Part shown: positions 38,509 through 46,940 of the stretch, in pieces
Numbering within the stretch: position 1 is the stretch's first letter
Layout: each line of letters starts with the position of its first letter
Assembly (NCBI GenBank): GCA_964544275.1
Contig: CAZIZX010000003.1
Location: 43,705 to 107,704, forward strand
Length of the DNA stretch: 64,000 bases
DNA from: an uncultured Gammaproteobacteria bacterium
GTDB lineage: Bacteria > Patescibacteriota > Microgenomatia > UBA12405
Direction of reading: 5' to 3'
Notes under the pieces: generated by a model
Database searches by the model: none
What the model was told of the DNA's origin: nothing
Seen by the model: the letters and a program-made list of their open reading frames with translations, nothing else
Position numbers and translations under genes: made by a program

Positions 38509-40044
38509 ATGAAAGTTTCGAAAAAAGAATATTCTATAGTTAGAAAATTAAAAGAGAAACGGGAAAGACTGGGATTTCCTTCTCTAAAAACAACAGAATT
38601 GTTTTCTTCGAAAATAAAAAATGACCAAGATACACCTTCAATCAACATATTAGAACAGGTATCGGCCTACTCAGAAAATGAACTAAAAATTATATTGTCG
38701 AAACTTACGGGATTACAGCTTACAGATGGCTGTAATGGACGATGTCCGTTTTGTTTTTTGGGGACAAAAAAAGGAGTTACGTCAAAATACTCCTTTGAAT
38801 CTATAAAGATGTTCTTGAATAAGTATTCAAAATACATGCCCGGAACGACTGCGTTATATTGGGATTCTGATCCTTTCGATTATGTTGATGGGAGTTTTAC
38901 TTTTACAGATGTTTATACAGTCTGGGACACATTAAAACCGAACGATCGCAAATATGTGTCTACTGCTATTCCAAGAGGCGACGAAAATAGTTTTGTTAAT
39001 TTTATTGAGTATCAATTTGTTGCTTACCTAAACAAGAAAGAACCGCTGCCATTGAGGATAAGATTGTCTTTATCTAAGTTTAATATTCAAAGAGTTGAAC
39101 TAGTTTTTAAAGAGATTATTCGATTACTTGAGAAAAAGTATCCCAAACTTTTAATAAGTAAGTTTTTAAGAAAGCATATTGTCTTAGCCAATACTTTTGA
39201 TGATGAGGTAGTCACAATCGGTGGATTAATTGATCAACACGATGACATCAAGGACATCTTTACACCTGCTTGTAAAGATGGCACGGTTATATCACCAAAG
39301 TCGATAAAAGCAGTAATGGTGACCATACCAACGAAATATGAACCGTCTGGTCAGAAACAAATAGAACTTATTCCTAAAAAAGTAGAAAATTTGGTACCAC
39401 ACTATCACCATATAATTGACCATTCTGGTTTTTTTACCAAGGACTCACTCGAGAAGAAATTGATAACTGGTCAAGTTATGTTGGATATTATTCGTAAGCA
39501 CGATGGAAACTTTTTCAACTTGGAGGACAAGATTGACAATATCATATTAAAAATGGCTAGAGAAATTGCTTCAGTCGGAAGATTGATAATTGACCTTTCT
39601 TTCTTATATTCACATCCGAAAACAATTATGAAATCTGAAGAACTTAAAAATCGATATCTTAAAGTTGTTACTCACGTTTATTTAAAAAGAAGAAAAGATG
39701 TCGTAAAGTTAATTGAAACATCTAAAAAAATACTTGATACAAAAAAAGAACCAAAAAAAGAGGAACTCCAATATTATAAGTACCTAGCAACTATTTATCT
39801 AAAAAAAATAGACTATTTAATTGAATTGATCAAGTCAAAAACACCCATTGATAGACTCAGTGCAACAGCTGATTTACTTTCTCAAATAGAAGGAAAACAT
39901 ATGGATAAGATCGATGTGATCATTAAAGGACTTCGGGAAAGCAACTTTGGTGCTATCAGTAAGATTTTTTCCAAAAATTCTAAGTATAAAGGACAACCTG
40001 CGTGGTATGAAACTGCTGAATACTTATGTTCCCAAGCTAATTAG
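38509..40044 (+). CDS. Radical SAM protein with long helical C-terminus
   Basis: LQLTDGCNGRCPFC CxxxCxxC; start trimmed to MKVSKK. Confidence 0.75.
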   Translation: MKVSKKEYSIVRKLKEKRERLGFPSLKTTELFSSKIKNDQDTPSINILEQVSAYSENELKIILSKLTGLQLTDGCNGRCPFCFLGTKKGVTSKYSFESIKMFLNKYSKYMPGTTALYWDSDPFDYVDGSFTFTDVYTVWDTLKPNDRKYVSTAIPRGDENSFVNFIEYQFVAYLNKKEPLPLRIRLSLSKFNIQRVELVFKEIIRLLEKKYPKLLISKFLRKHIVLANTFDDEVVTIGGLIDQHDDIKDIFTPACKDGTVISPKSIKAVMVTIPTKYEPSGQKQIELIPKKVENLVPHYHHIIDHSGFFTKDSLEKKLITGQVMLDIIRKHDGNFFNLEDKIDNIILKMAREIASVGRLIIDLSFLYSHPKTIMKSEELKNRYLKVVTHVYLKRRKDVVKLIETSKKILDTKKEPKKEELQYYKYLATIYLKKIDYLIELIKSKTPIDRLSATADLLSQIEGKHMDKIDVIIKGLRESNFGAISKIFSKNSKYKGQPAWYETAEYLCSQAN

Positions 40045-41224
40045 TTTTGTTATTTATTATCACTAATGGAGTCTCTGTTTCTTCTGGTGTTAATCCTCCA
40101 TGATTACCAACACAATTCCTTTTACTTTCTCCAAGCTCTTTCCACCAGAATTGATATCCAGGCTCAGGTAATATTAATATTTCTCCTATACTATCAATGT
40201 ATTGAGATGAAACATGTTTTTTGTCTATTGGATCTGTTTTTATAAAGTCACTAACTAAAACAACCTTTGCTTTATCAGCTAATGATTCTAATAGTATGTT
40301 TCTTACCTGTTCAACATAGGGTTGTTCTATATAGAGGGAGACGTCTCTTCCTGATCCGCCAGGAACTAATGGGTTATTATCAGACCCTTTTCTAAAGTAT
40401 TTTCGTATTTGATAAATATAATCATCGAGATCTAAAGTGTTAGGACAATTTATCTGTCCGTGGTCTGAACATATAATTAGTTCAATCGGTTTTTGACTGG
40501 CATCAATTGGCTTAAGAACATAACTTTCGACTAATGAAAATAAATTATCTAAAGCAAGTCCAAACTCTGTCGAGTCGTAACCGAACTTATGAGAAATTTT
40601 ATCTAATTTGTCATAATACATAAAATAATATCCTGGAGTAGTTTTATTAAGAACATCGGAAATTATGTCAGCCATTGCTGTTTCAGGTTTTGAATATCCG
40701 TTGATCTGCGAACCAACACACATGGATTTTGAGAATTCTGAATTAATCAAGTTTTCAGATAGATAAACTCTGCTTGGGACATTTATATTTTTTAATTCTA
40801 GATAAATTGTTTTTGTCGAAAAAATGTCTGAACTTTTAATACCTTTACGACTAAGCTGATTGTAAGTTGTGTCTCCGGCAAAGGAGAACATGAGCGGGGA
40901 AATGGTTCTTCCAACTAACCGGTTAAAATACAGCCACTCGGTTACCCCCGTTTGGTACACCGTCTTGCCTTGAATAGTCGATAAATGCGCTGGAGTTGAT
41001 GAAGGAAGAAGCGAATGGTTTTTGTAGATTTGACTTCGGTTTACCAAGCTCTGAAGTGAAGGTATTTGGCTAACATGTTTATCTAAGCTGTTCCAGCCGA
41101 ACCCATCAATAAATAAAAGTATGACCTTACTCTCTGTTGTAGAACTGAATATACCTTTAATATAATGGGGAAGATCACTAAAATTAAATTCAGAAATAGT
41201 GTCTGAAAGTTTACTATTTGCCAT
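40037..41224 (-). CDS. Alkaline phosphatase superfamily (nucleotide pyrophosphatase/phosphodiesterase)
   Basis: FIDGFG, PSST, DKISH..G, SDHGQ, GNHGGLTPEE. Confidence 0.87.
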   Translation of the reverse strand: MANSKLSDTISEFNFSDLPHYIKGIFSSTTESKVILLFIDGFGWNSLDKHVSQIPSLQSLVNRSQIYKNHSLLPSSTPAHLSTIQGKTVYQTGVTEWLYFNRLVGRTISPLMFSFAGDTTYNQLSRKGIKSSDIFSTKTIYLELKNINVPSRVYLSENLINSEFSKSMCVGSQINGYSKPETAMADIISDVLNKTTPGYYFMYYDKLDKISHKFGYDSTEFGLALDNLFSLVESYVLKPIDASQKPIELIICSDHGQINCPNTLDLDDYIYQIRKYFRKGSDNNPLVPGGSGRDVSLYIEQPYVEQVRNILLESLADKAKVVLVSDFIKTDPIDKKHVSSQYIDSIGEILILPEPGYQFWWKELGESKRNCVGNHGGLTPEETETPLVIINNKTN

Positions 41225-42200
41225 TTTTGATAGTCCTTAGTATTCCTTTTGCAGTTTCTATACACTTGATATAACCATCGTTATTGTAGGTCTCATTTGA
41301 CTTTAATCTTTTTATAAAATCTTCAATTTCTCTTTTATAAAGTTCATTTGAATCATCACTATAACTTTTTAGAGTTTTATTTGAGTTAATGACTTCTAAT
41401 AATACGGTCCCGTCAATCTTTGTAGACACACGGTATATATGTTTCTTTCCAACAAAACATATCTCCAACAAATCATTACCTTGGGAATAAGAAGCCGATG
41501 AAATTACGCCAATACAATTATCTAATTTAAATACCAAGGTTTCAGAGTCACGTAAACTGCAGTTTGGCTCAATTACTTTATTTATCAGAGAGTTACTAGA
41601 AACAAAAGAAAGAGGTTTGACAGATTTCTTCAAGATATATTCACAGTAGTCTATAAAGTGCATTGCTTTTTCATATGAATTTCCACCAGATAACTCATGA
41701 TCCAATTTCCACTCCTGAAAAGGGGGTGAGGAATATCTAATTGCGTGAATGTATCCAATTTCATCATCGCTAATTAATTTAACCAAGCGGTCATTAAAGT
41801 TTAAAAAACGCCATTGATACCCTATTTTTACATGTATGTTTTTATTGTCTTTAAGACATTGAATCAATTTATCTTGGTTTGCGGTTAAAGGCGGTTTTTC
41901 AACGAAGTAGCTGATATCTTTTTTAATTAGTGCTTTTTCATATTCATATCTAGCGAAAGGTGGGGTGCAAATAAATACAATGTCCGGACTTTCAGAGTTC
42001 AGCCAATCTTGAAAATCAAAGTATAGTTTTCCAAAAATATTTTGACAATAACTTAATTGCTTATTAGAATAATCTTTAAATTTTGGATTAAAACAACTCG
42101 TAATTTCTAAGCTATCTAATATTTTTTTTAAAATTGCAGCATGGGCTCTGGCTATTAATCCACTTCCAATAAATGCAATTTTAAAGCGTTGTTTAGACAT
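41214..42200 (-). CDS. Gfo/Idh/MocA NAD(P)-dependent oxidoreductase
   Basis: IGSGLIA..H, CTPP, VEKP, GYQWRF, HFID. Confidence 0.88.
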   Translation of the reverse strand: MSKQRFKIAFIGSGLIARAHAAILKKILDSLEITSCFNPKFKDYSNKQLSYCQNIFGKLYFDFQDWLNSESPDIVFICTPPFARYEYEKALIKKDISYFVEKPPLTANQDKLIQCLKDNKNIHVKIGYQWRFLNFNDRLVKLISDDEIGYIHAIRYSSPPFQEWKLDHELSGGNSYEKAMHFIDYCEYILKKSVKPLSFVSSNSLINKVIEPNCSLRDSETLVFKLDNCIGVISSASYSQGNDLLEICFVGKKHIYRVSTKIDGTVLLEVINSNKTLKSYSDDSNELYKREIEDFIKRLKSNETYNNDGYIKCIETAKGILRTIKNGK

Positions 42201-43507
42201 TATTGACTTAAAAATTCCTCATAAGCCCATTTTGCTAATTTTTCAAGTCTTTCTCTGGTAAGGCTGGTATTACCAGAAACATTCCGTTCGTTGTAGGATT
42301 TATTGCTGTACCACTGCCGATCGTCGATGACGATACCATATTTTTCCGGTTCATCCCCCAATGCAGTTCCCGGAAAAGGTGTTAGAAGATTAAATGAAAC
42401 CATTTGGGGATTGATTTCCTTGGCGATTTTGACAGTGTTTCTAACTGTCTCTTCTGTGTCGCCTGGTAAGCCAAAAAGAAATGAAGCATGAAGAGCTATG
42501 TTATATTCTTTTAAAATTTTAGCAGAATCTTTGAGCATATTTGGGTTTACCATCTTGTGGATATTATTTAATATTTCAGGTGAAAAAGATTCAAAACCAA
42601 CAAAAACTCGATAGCAACCAGAATCTCTCATAAGTCTTAACATCTCCCGAGTCTCTTTACTATCAATCAACCTGTCTGCTCTGATATTACATGACCATTT
42701 CAGTTTTATTCCCTGATCAATAACTTTTTTTGAAAATTCAGTAATTCTTTCTTTTTTAACCCCGAAGTCTAAATCAGAAAAAAATATTGAATCAAATCCA
42801 AGCGATAGAACTTCTTTTATTTCTTCAATAACTTTATCGATATTTCTAAATCTTAGGCACCTGTCCATTGAGCTACTTTGACAAAATAGGCATCGATTAG
42901 TGCATCCTCTTGCCGCCTGTACGATTGTTTCTTTATCCTTTTTAAGGTATTCCTTTATTGGGAATAAATGTCTTGCTGGAAAAGGCAAATTGTCTAAGTT
43001 AGTAATTGGTTTTTCATCAGGATTTTTAATAATTTTATTGTTTTCGCGATAAGTAATTCCTTTGACTTTTCGTAAATCACCATTACTGTTTAAAGTTTTT
43101 ATGAGGTTAAGTAATACGATTTCTGGTTCATATCTAATAATAAGATCAATTTCCGGATTATTTTCCATCGTCTCAAGGTCCCGAAATGTAACATGAGCTC
43201 CAGTCATTACTATCATGAGATTTGGAAATTTTATTTTTAAATCTTTGGCAAGTTGGAGGGCAAAATAAAAGTCGCGTGTTTGAAGGACGGTATTTTCTGA
43301 ATTTATTACAATAAAGTTATACTGGTTTTTCTCAATCAGTTTGAACAGCTTGGTATTAGATATATCTTTAACTGCTAAGTCAACAATGCCATGATTTATA
43401 GAGTTACTCTCTAATATTGCTGCGGCGTATGCCAAACCTAAAGGCAAGTGAGTTATTCCGAACTTTACTGGAAATCTGGAATTGATTAAAATTGGCTTTA
43501 CTGTCAT
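42200..43507 (-). CDS. Cobalamin-binding radical SAM enzyme (class B methyltransferase-like)
   Basis: PLGLAY.AA, TGAHVT, RGCTNRCLFC, GFES, FGLPGDT, TPFPGT. Confidence 0.9.
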   Translation of the reverse strand: MTVKPILINSRFPVKFGITHLPLGLAYAAAILESNSINHGIVDLAVKDISNTKLFKLIEKNQYNFIVINSENTVLQTRDFYFALQLAKDLKIKFPNLMIVMTGAHVTFRDLETMENNPEIDLIIRYEPEIVLLNLIKTLNSNGDLRKVKGITYRENNKIIKNPDEKPITNLDNLPFPARHLFPIKEYLKKDKETIVQAARGCTNRCLFCQSSSMDRCLRFRNIDKVIEEIKEVLSLGFDSIFFSDLDFGVKKERITEFSKKVIDQGIKLKWSCNIRADRLIDSKETREMLRLMRDSGCYRVFVGFESFSPEILNNIHKMVNPNMLKDSAKILKEYNIALHASFLFGLPGDTEETVRNTVKIAKEINPQMVSFNLLTPFPGTALGDEPEKYGIVIDDRQWYSNKSYNERNVSGNTSLTRERLEKLAKWAYEEFLSQ

Positions 43508-43761
43508 TTTTCCAGCACTCCCAGTTTGTCTAATTTACTTATAAAATTTTGAAGTTCTTTCTCGACAGTTGAAGAATCAACGTCATACTTACTTACCAAT
43601 ACCGTCACTATTTCTTCACTTGTCTTTCCTTCTTTTAACAAAAGAAACATTTCACTGGCAGTTCCATTAAATTCATGAAAAAAATCCCTATCAGGATCAA
43701 AAATTAAAATTGTGTCATTTTGATTTGTTCTAACCTTAACTGAATTTGATATTTTTACCAT
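43504..43761 (-). CDS. PqqD-family RiPP recognition element
   Basis: FNGTA..MF.LL..GKT..EIV..L...YDV.....E..L..F...L...G.L. Confidence 0.88.
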   Translation of the reverse strand: MVKISNSVKVRTNQNDTILIFDPDRDFFHEFNGTASEMFLLLKEGKTSEEIVTVLVSKYDVDSSTVEKELQNFISKLDKLGVLEK

Positions 43762-43762
43762 A

Positions 43763-44767
43763 TTATTTTTGATTTAATAAATAATTACATCGAAAGTCTA
43801 ATCTGTTTTTATCAGCAAATGAAAACCCTTTACACCCGCCTTGACACAGCTCAACATATTTACATGATCGGCATCGAGTAGAAACAGGGAATTCTTTTTT
43901 CATAAAGTTTTTAACTTTTTTTAAAATTGAATCAAAATCTTCTTGATAAGCATTCCCGAGACTTTTCGGTAAAAAATTACATGGCTGAACGTCCCCGTTC
44001 GGTAAAATTGAAACCCAAAGTTTTCCGGCCTGGCAGATATTCTCATCAATCATTTGGTGTCGCTCAATTTTATTTAAAAAACGATGATCCATTTGTGAGA
44101 TTACTAATGGATCATGAAACCCAATAATTATCTTGTTTTGATATTTCTGTTTATAATCCCAGATCTTGTCAACAATGTCGTGATACTCAGTTGAAGTAAA
44201 GCTATATTCATCATGGATCCCGTCGGATGATGGTCTAATCATTAAAAAATCAATTTCTTCAAGTTTGTTTTCAACTGAAAATTTAATAAAATCTTCGAGA
44301 TGGTTATAGTTATGTCGATTGATAGTTGTATTTACGCCAGTTTTAAGACCGTTTTTTTGACTGTTTTTTATTCCCTCTATAGCCTTTTCCCAAGCAAAAG
44401 GTCTTCTTCTTAGATTATTATGGTATTCACTATCCAGCGAATCTAAACTGATTTGCACCTTATTTAGACCTTTTGAAAAAAGTGATTTTGCCTTATCATC
44501 TGTTAAAAAGAATCCATTCGATAAAAGAGTTAAGTAAAAACCTTTTTCATGGGCATACTGAATTATCTCTTCAAAATCTTCTCTGATTAAACTTTCTCCA
44601 TGAGTAAAAATTAGCTTAATAACTCCATGCAAAGCCAAATCGTTAATTAACTTTTTTATCTGGGATAAAGGTACGTCCGCGACAATCTTTTTGTGGACGT
44701 AACAGTGCTTACAATTAAGGTTGCATTTGTAGGTTACTCCAAAAAATATCTGGTACGGATATTTCAT
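43763..44767 (-). CDS. Radical SAM/SPASM peptide maturase
   Basis: CNLNCKHC; SPASM CQAG....I.PNGDV.PC...CRSC.....C.GGC. Confidence 0.92.
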   Translation of the reverse strand: MKYPYQIFFGVTYKCNLNCKHCYVHKKIVADVPLSQIKKLINDLALHGVIKLIFTHGESLIREDFEEIIQYAHEKGFYLTLLSNGFFLTDDKAKSLFSKGLNKVQISLDSLDSEYHNNLRRRPFAWEKAIEGIKNSQKNGLKTGVNTTINRHNYNHLEDFIKFSVENKLEEIDFLMIRPSSDGIHDEYSFTSTEYHDIVDKIWDYKQKYQNKIIIGFHDPLVISQMDHRFLNKIERHQMIDENICQAGKLWVSILPNGDVQPCNFLPKSLGNAYQEDFDSILKKVKNFMKKEFPVSTRCRSCKYVELCQGGCKGFSFADKNRLDFRCNYLLNQK

Positions 44768-44785
44768 TTGTGGTGGTATTATACC

Positions 44786-44816
44786 AAAAAATATCCGCCA
44801 TTTACGGCGGATATTT
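44786..44816 (-). terminator. Intrinsic terminator after precursor ORF
   Basis: AATATCCGCC/GGCGGATATT stem followed by T tract on minus strand. Confidence 0.75.
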
Positions 44817-44833
44817 CGCTCTGTTACGCTATT

Positions 44834-44896
44834 TTAGCAATGCAAACGGAGACTTCTTGTTCGGATTACGGGTTTTACCCACTTGGATTTTTGCAT
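44834..44896 (-). CDS. Putative RiPP precursor peptide MQKSKWVKPVIRTRSLRLHC
   Basis: AAGGAG SD 4 nt upstream, TATAAT at 44928-33, WxKP leader motif, terminator downstream, directly upstream of rSAM-SPASM/PqqD. Confidence 0.72.
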   Translation of the reverse strand: MQKSKWVKPVIRTRSLRLHC

Positions 44897-44973
44897 ATGA
44901 CTCCTTTTAGATGCTAATAACAATTACATTATACACCTTATTTTTGCTAAAATACCATATTTAAAGGCGATAT

Positions 44974-46239
44974 ATGACACTAATCAATACCTTACCACCA
45001 AAAGGCATGCGGGACTTTTATCCTGAGGACTACAGAGTAAGAGAATGGCTGTTCAAAATCTGGAGAGATACGGGCATTAAATATGGGTTTGAAATGTATG
45101 ATACTCCGGTAGTAGAGAGTCTATCACTATTAGTCAGGAAGGCTGGAGAAGAAATAACCGACCAGATTTACTATTTTAAAGATAAAAGTGACCGTGAATT
45201 GGCCTTGAGGCCTGAACAAACACCTAGTCTAGCGAGAATTGTTTTGTCCCGAGAAAATGAATGGGTATATCCACTTAAATTGTCCGCCACAGTTCAATGT
45301 TTCAGATATGAAAAAATGTCAACTGGTAGAAAAAGGGAGCATTTTCAATGGAACGTAGATATTATTGGTGATGCAACTCAATTAGCCGAGGCTGAAGTGC
45401 TATCGACTGCTGTGGAGTCTATTAAAGAAATGGGCTTAGATAGTACTGATGTGGGAATATCAGTTGGCTCCAGACAGCTAATAGCAGATTTATTAAGATC
45501 GAAGAATATCAATGAGTCTGATTATGTGAACATATTTTTAGTATTAGATAAGAAAGGTAAAGTATCAGATGAAGTACTTAAGGAAATGTTAATAGAAAAA
45601 GGTATATCAGAAGAAGATATTGGTAAAGTTTTTGAAATATTCGCTATTAAAAATTTTGAAGAGGCAAAAAAAATTGTTGGTAATAAATCACTTGGTGCCA
45701 ACCAACTGGATAATTTATTTCAGTATGCAAAACTATATGGCATTAGTGAATTTCTGGAGTTTAATATTGGGATTGTAAGGGGACTAAACTATTACACGGG
45801 AATTGTTTTTGAAGCTTTTGACAGACAGAGGAAATTTAGAGCAATATTTGGAGGAGGTCGGTACGACAACCTACTCGAATCCTTCGGAGGTAAAAAAATT
45901 CCTGCTGTTGGGTTCGGATTCGGTGATGTAGTAATTCTGGAAGTGTTAAAAGAATTAAAGAAAAATCTACCGGAAAAAAGGAAGCTGGACTACGTTGTTA
46001 CTTACTCTGATGGAAATCTCGAGAATAAGGCTATTAAATTATGTATAAGTTTGCGTAACAAGGGTAAGACTGTTTATATGATACCTGGCGAGACAAAGAT
46101 GAAAAAATCATTAGCCATGGCAGATAAGATGAATGCGGATTATGTAGACATTTTAGACCCCATAGAAATGGATCAGGGGAAATTTATCGAAAAAAACCTA
46201 AAAGAAAGAACTCAGGAAGTGTTGGACTTCATGGTGTAA
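44974..46239 (+). CDS. hisS: Histidine--tRNA ligase
   Basis: KGMRDF, LRPEQT, FRYE..R.REHFQ, RGLNYYTG, GGGRYD. Confidence 0.93.
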   Translation: MTLINTLPPKGMRDFYPEDYRVREWLFKIWRDTGIKYGFEMYDTPVVESLSLLVRKAGEEITDQIYYFKDKSDRELALRPEQTPSLARIVLSRENEWVYPLKLSATVQCFRYEKMSTGRKREHFQWNVDIIGDATQLAEAEVLSTAVESIKEMGLDSTDVGISVGSRQLIADLLRSKNINESDYVNIFLVLDKKGKVSDEVLKEMLIEKGISEEDIGKVFEIFAIKNFEEAKKIVGNKSLGANQLDNLFQYAKLYGISEFLEFNIGIVRGLNYYTGIVFEAFDRQRKFRAIFGGGRYDNLLESFGGKKIPAVGFGFGDVVILEVLKELKKNLPEKRKLDYVVTYSDGNLENKAIKLCISLRNKGKTVYMIPGETKMKKSLAMADKMNADYVDILDPIEMDQGKFIEKNLKERTQEVLDFMV

Positions 46240-46927
46240 TTATTTGAATGTTTTTCAATGGTATTGGCTGAATAACCCTTATATACGCCCTTTTGGAACC
46301 TTCCAAGTATGGAATATATTTATTTAAATCCTTTGAAATACTTGTAAAGTGCTCAAAGCTACCGAACGGGGATGGCCAATATATCTCCTTTAGGTTCCTA
46401 CCTAAATGTTGAAACTTAGCTTTCTCAAGAAAAGGCGAGTCTCCATTTACGGAGATAATTTTATTTTCAAAACATAGTTTTTTATTTACCCAGCCTGATA
46501 AATATTTCAATAGATTCTTTTCTTCTTCTGGCAACTCACTTTCGACTGTTAAAAGGTGTGAACAAATCTCTCCAATATTATTAACTAAATATCCGCCTTT
46601 CCACCTGTTAACCATCTGAATAACTTCTTCATATGAAGTTGAAAAGTCAAGACTCTTTTCGTAAAAGTCATTTAATGTTATTCGAAGCACACGACTTAAT
46701 TTTGGGGTACTCGACGTCCATTTTAATTTAAAAATTCTTCCAGTTTTTTCAAGTTTCAAGACTAAGGTAAAAAGATCAAGAAGCCGGCCATGAATTGATT
46801 TGTATGGGTTGTTTTTAGGATTGATTATTCCAGTTGTATTTAGTAGATATTCACTAGACATGGCACGATACAACCTTTTATTCTTAACCTTAGTTTCCCA
46901 ATATTTATACAACTCGTCAGTATTCAT
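46229..46927 (-). CDS. Hypothetical protein
   Basis: 232-aa ORF with GAGG SD, downstream of M3 peptidase. Confidence 0.6.
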   Translation of the reverse strand: MNTDELYKYWETKVKNKRLYRAMSSEYLLNTTGIINPKNNPYKSIHGRLLDLFTLVLKLEKTGRIFKLKWTSSTPKLSRVLRITLNDFYEKSLDFSTSYEEVIQMVNRWKGGYLVNNIGEICSHLLTVESELPEEEKNLLKYLSGWVNKKLCFENKIISVNGDSPFLEKAKFQHLGRNLKEIYWPSPFGSFEHFTSISKDLNKYIPYLEGSKRAYIRVIQPIPLKNIQIITP

Positions 46928-46940
46928 ACCTCACCTCAAG

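Noticed and set aside
43504-44896. PQQ or mycofactocin biosynthesis
   Set aside because: No PqqB/PqqC or Mft accessory genes; the peptide lacks ExxxY and the IDGxCGVY terminus
44786-44896. His attenuator leader for hisS
   Set aside because: Transcribed away from hisS, only one His codon, no evident antiterminator
44693-44917. 74-aa plus-strand ORF
   Set aside because: Antisense to the rSAM start and the precursor; no SD; the minus-strand micro-ORF has much better signals
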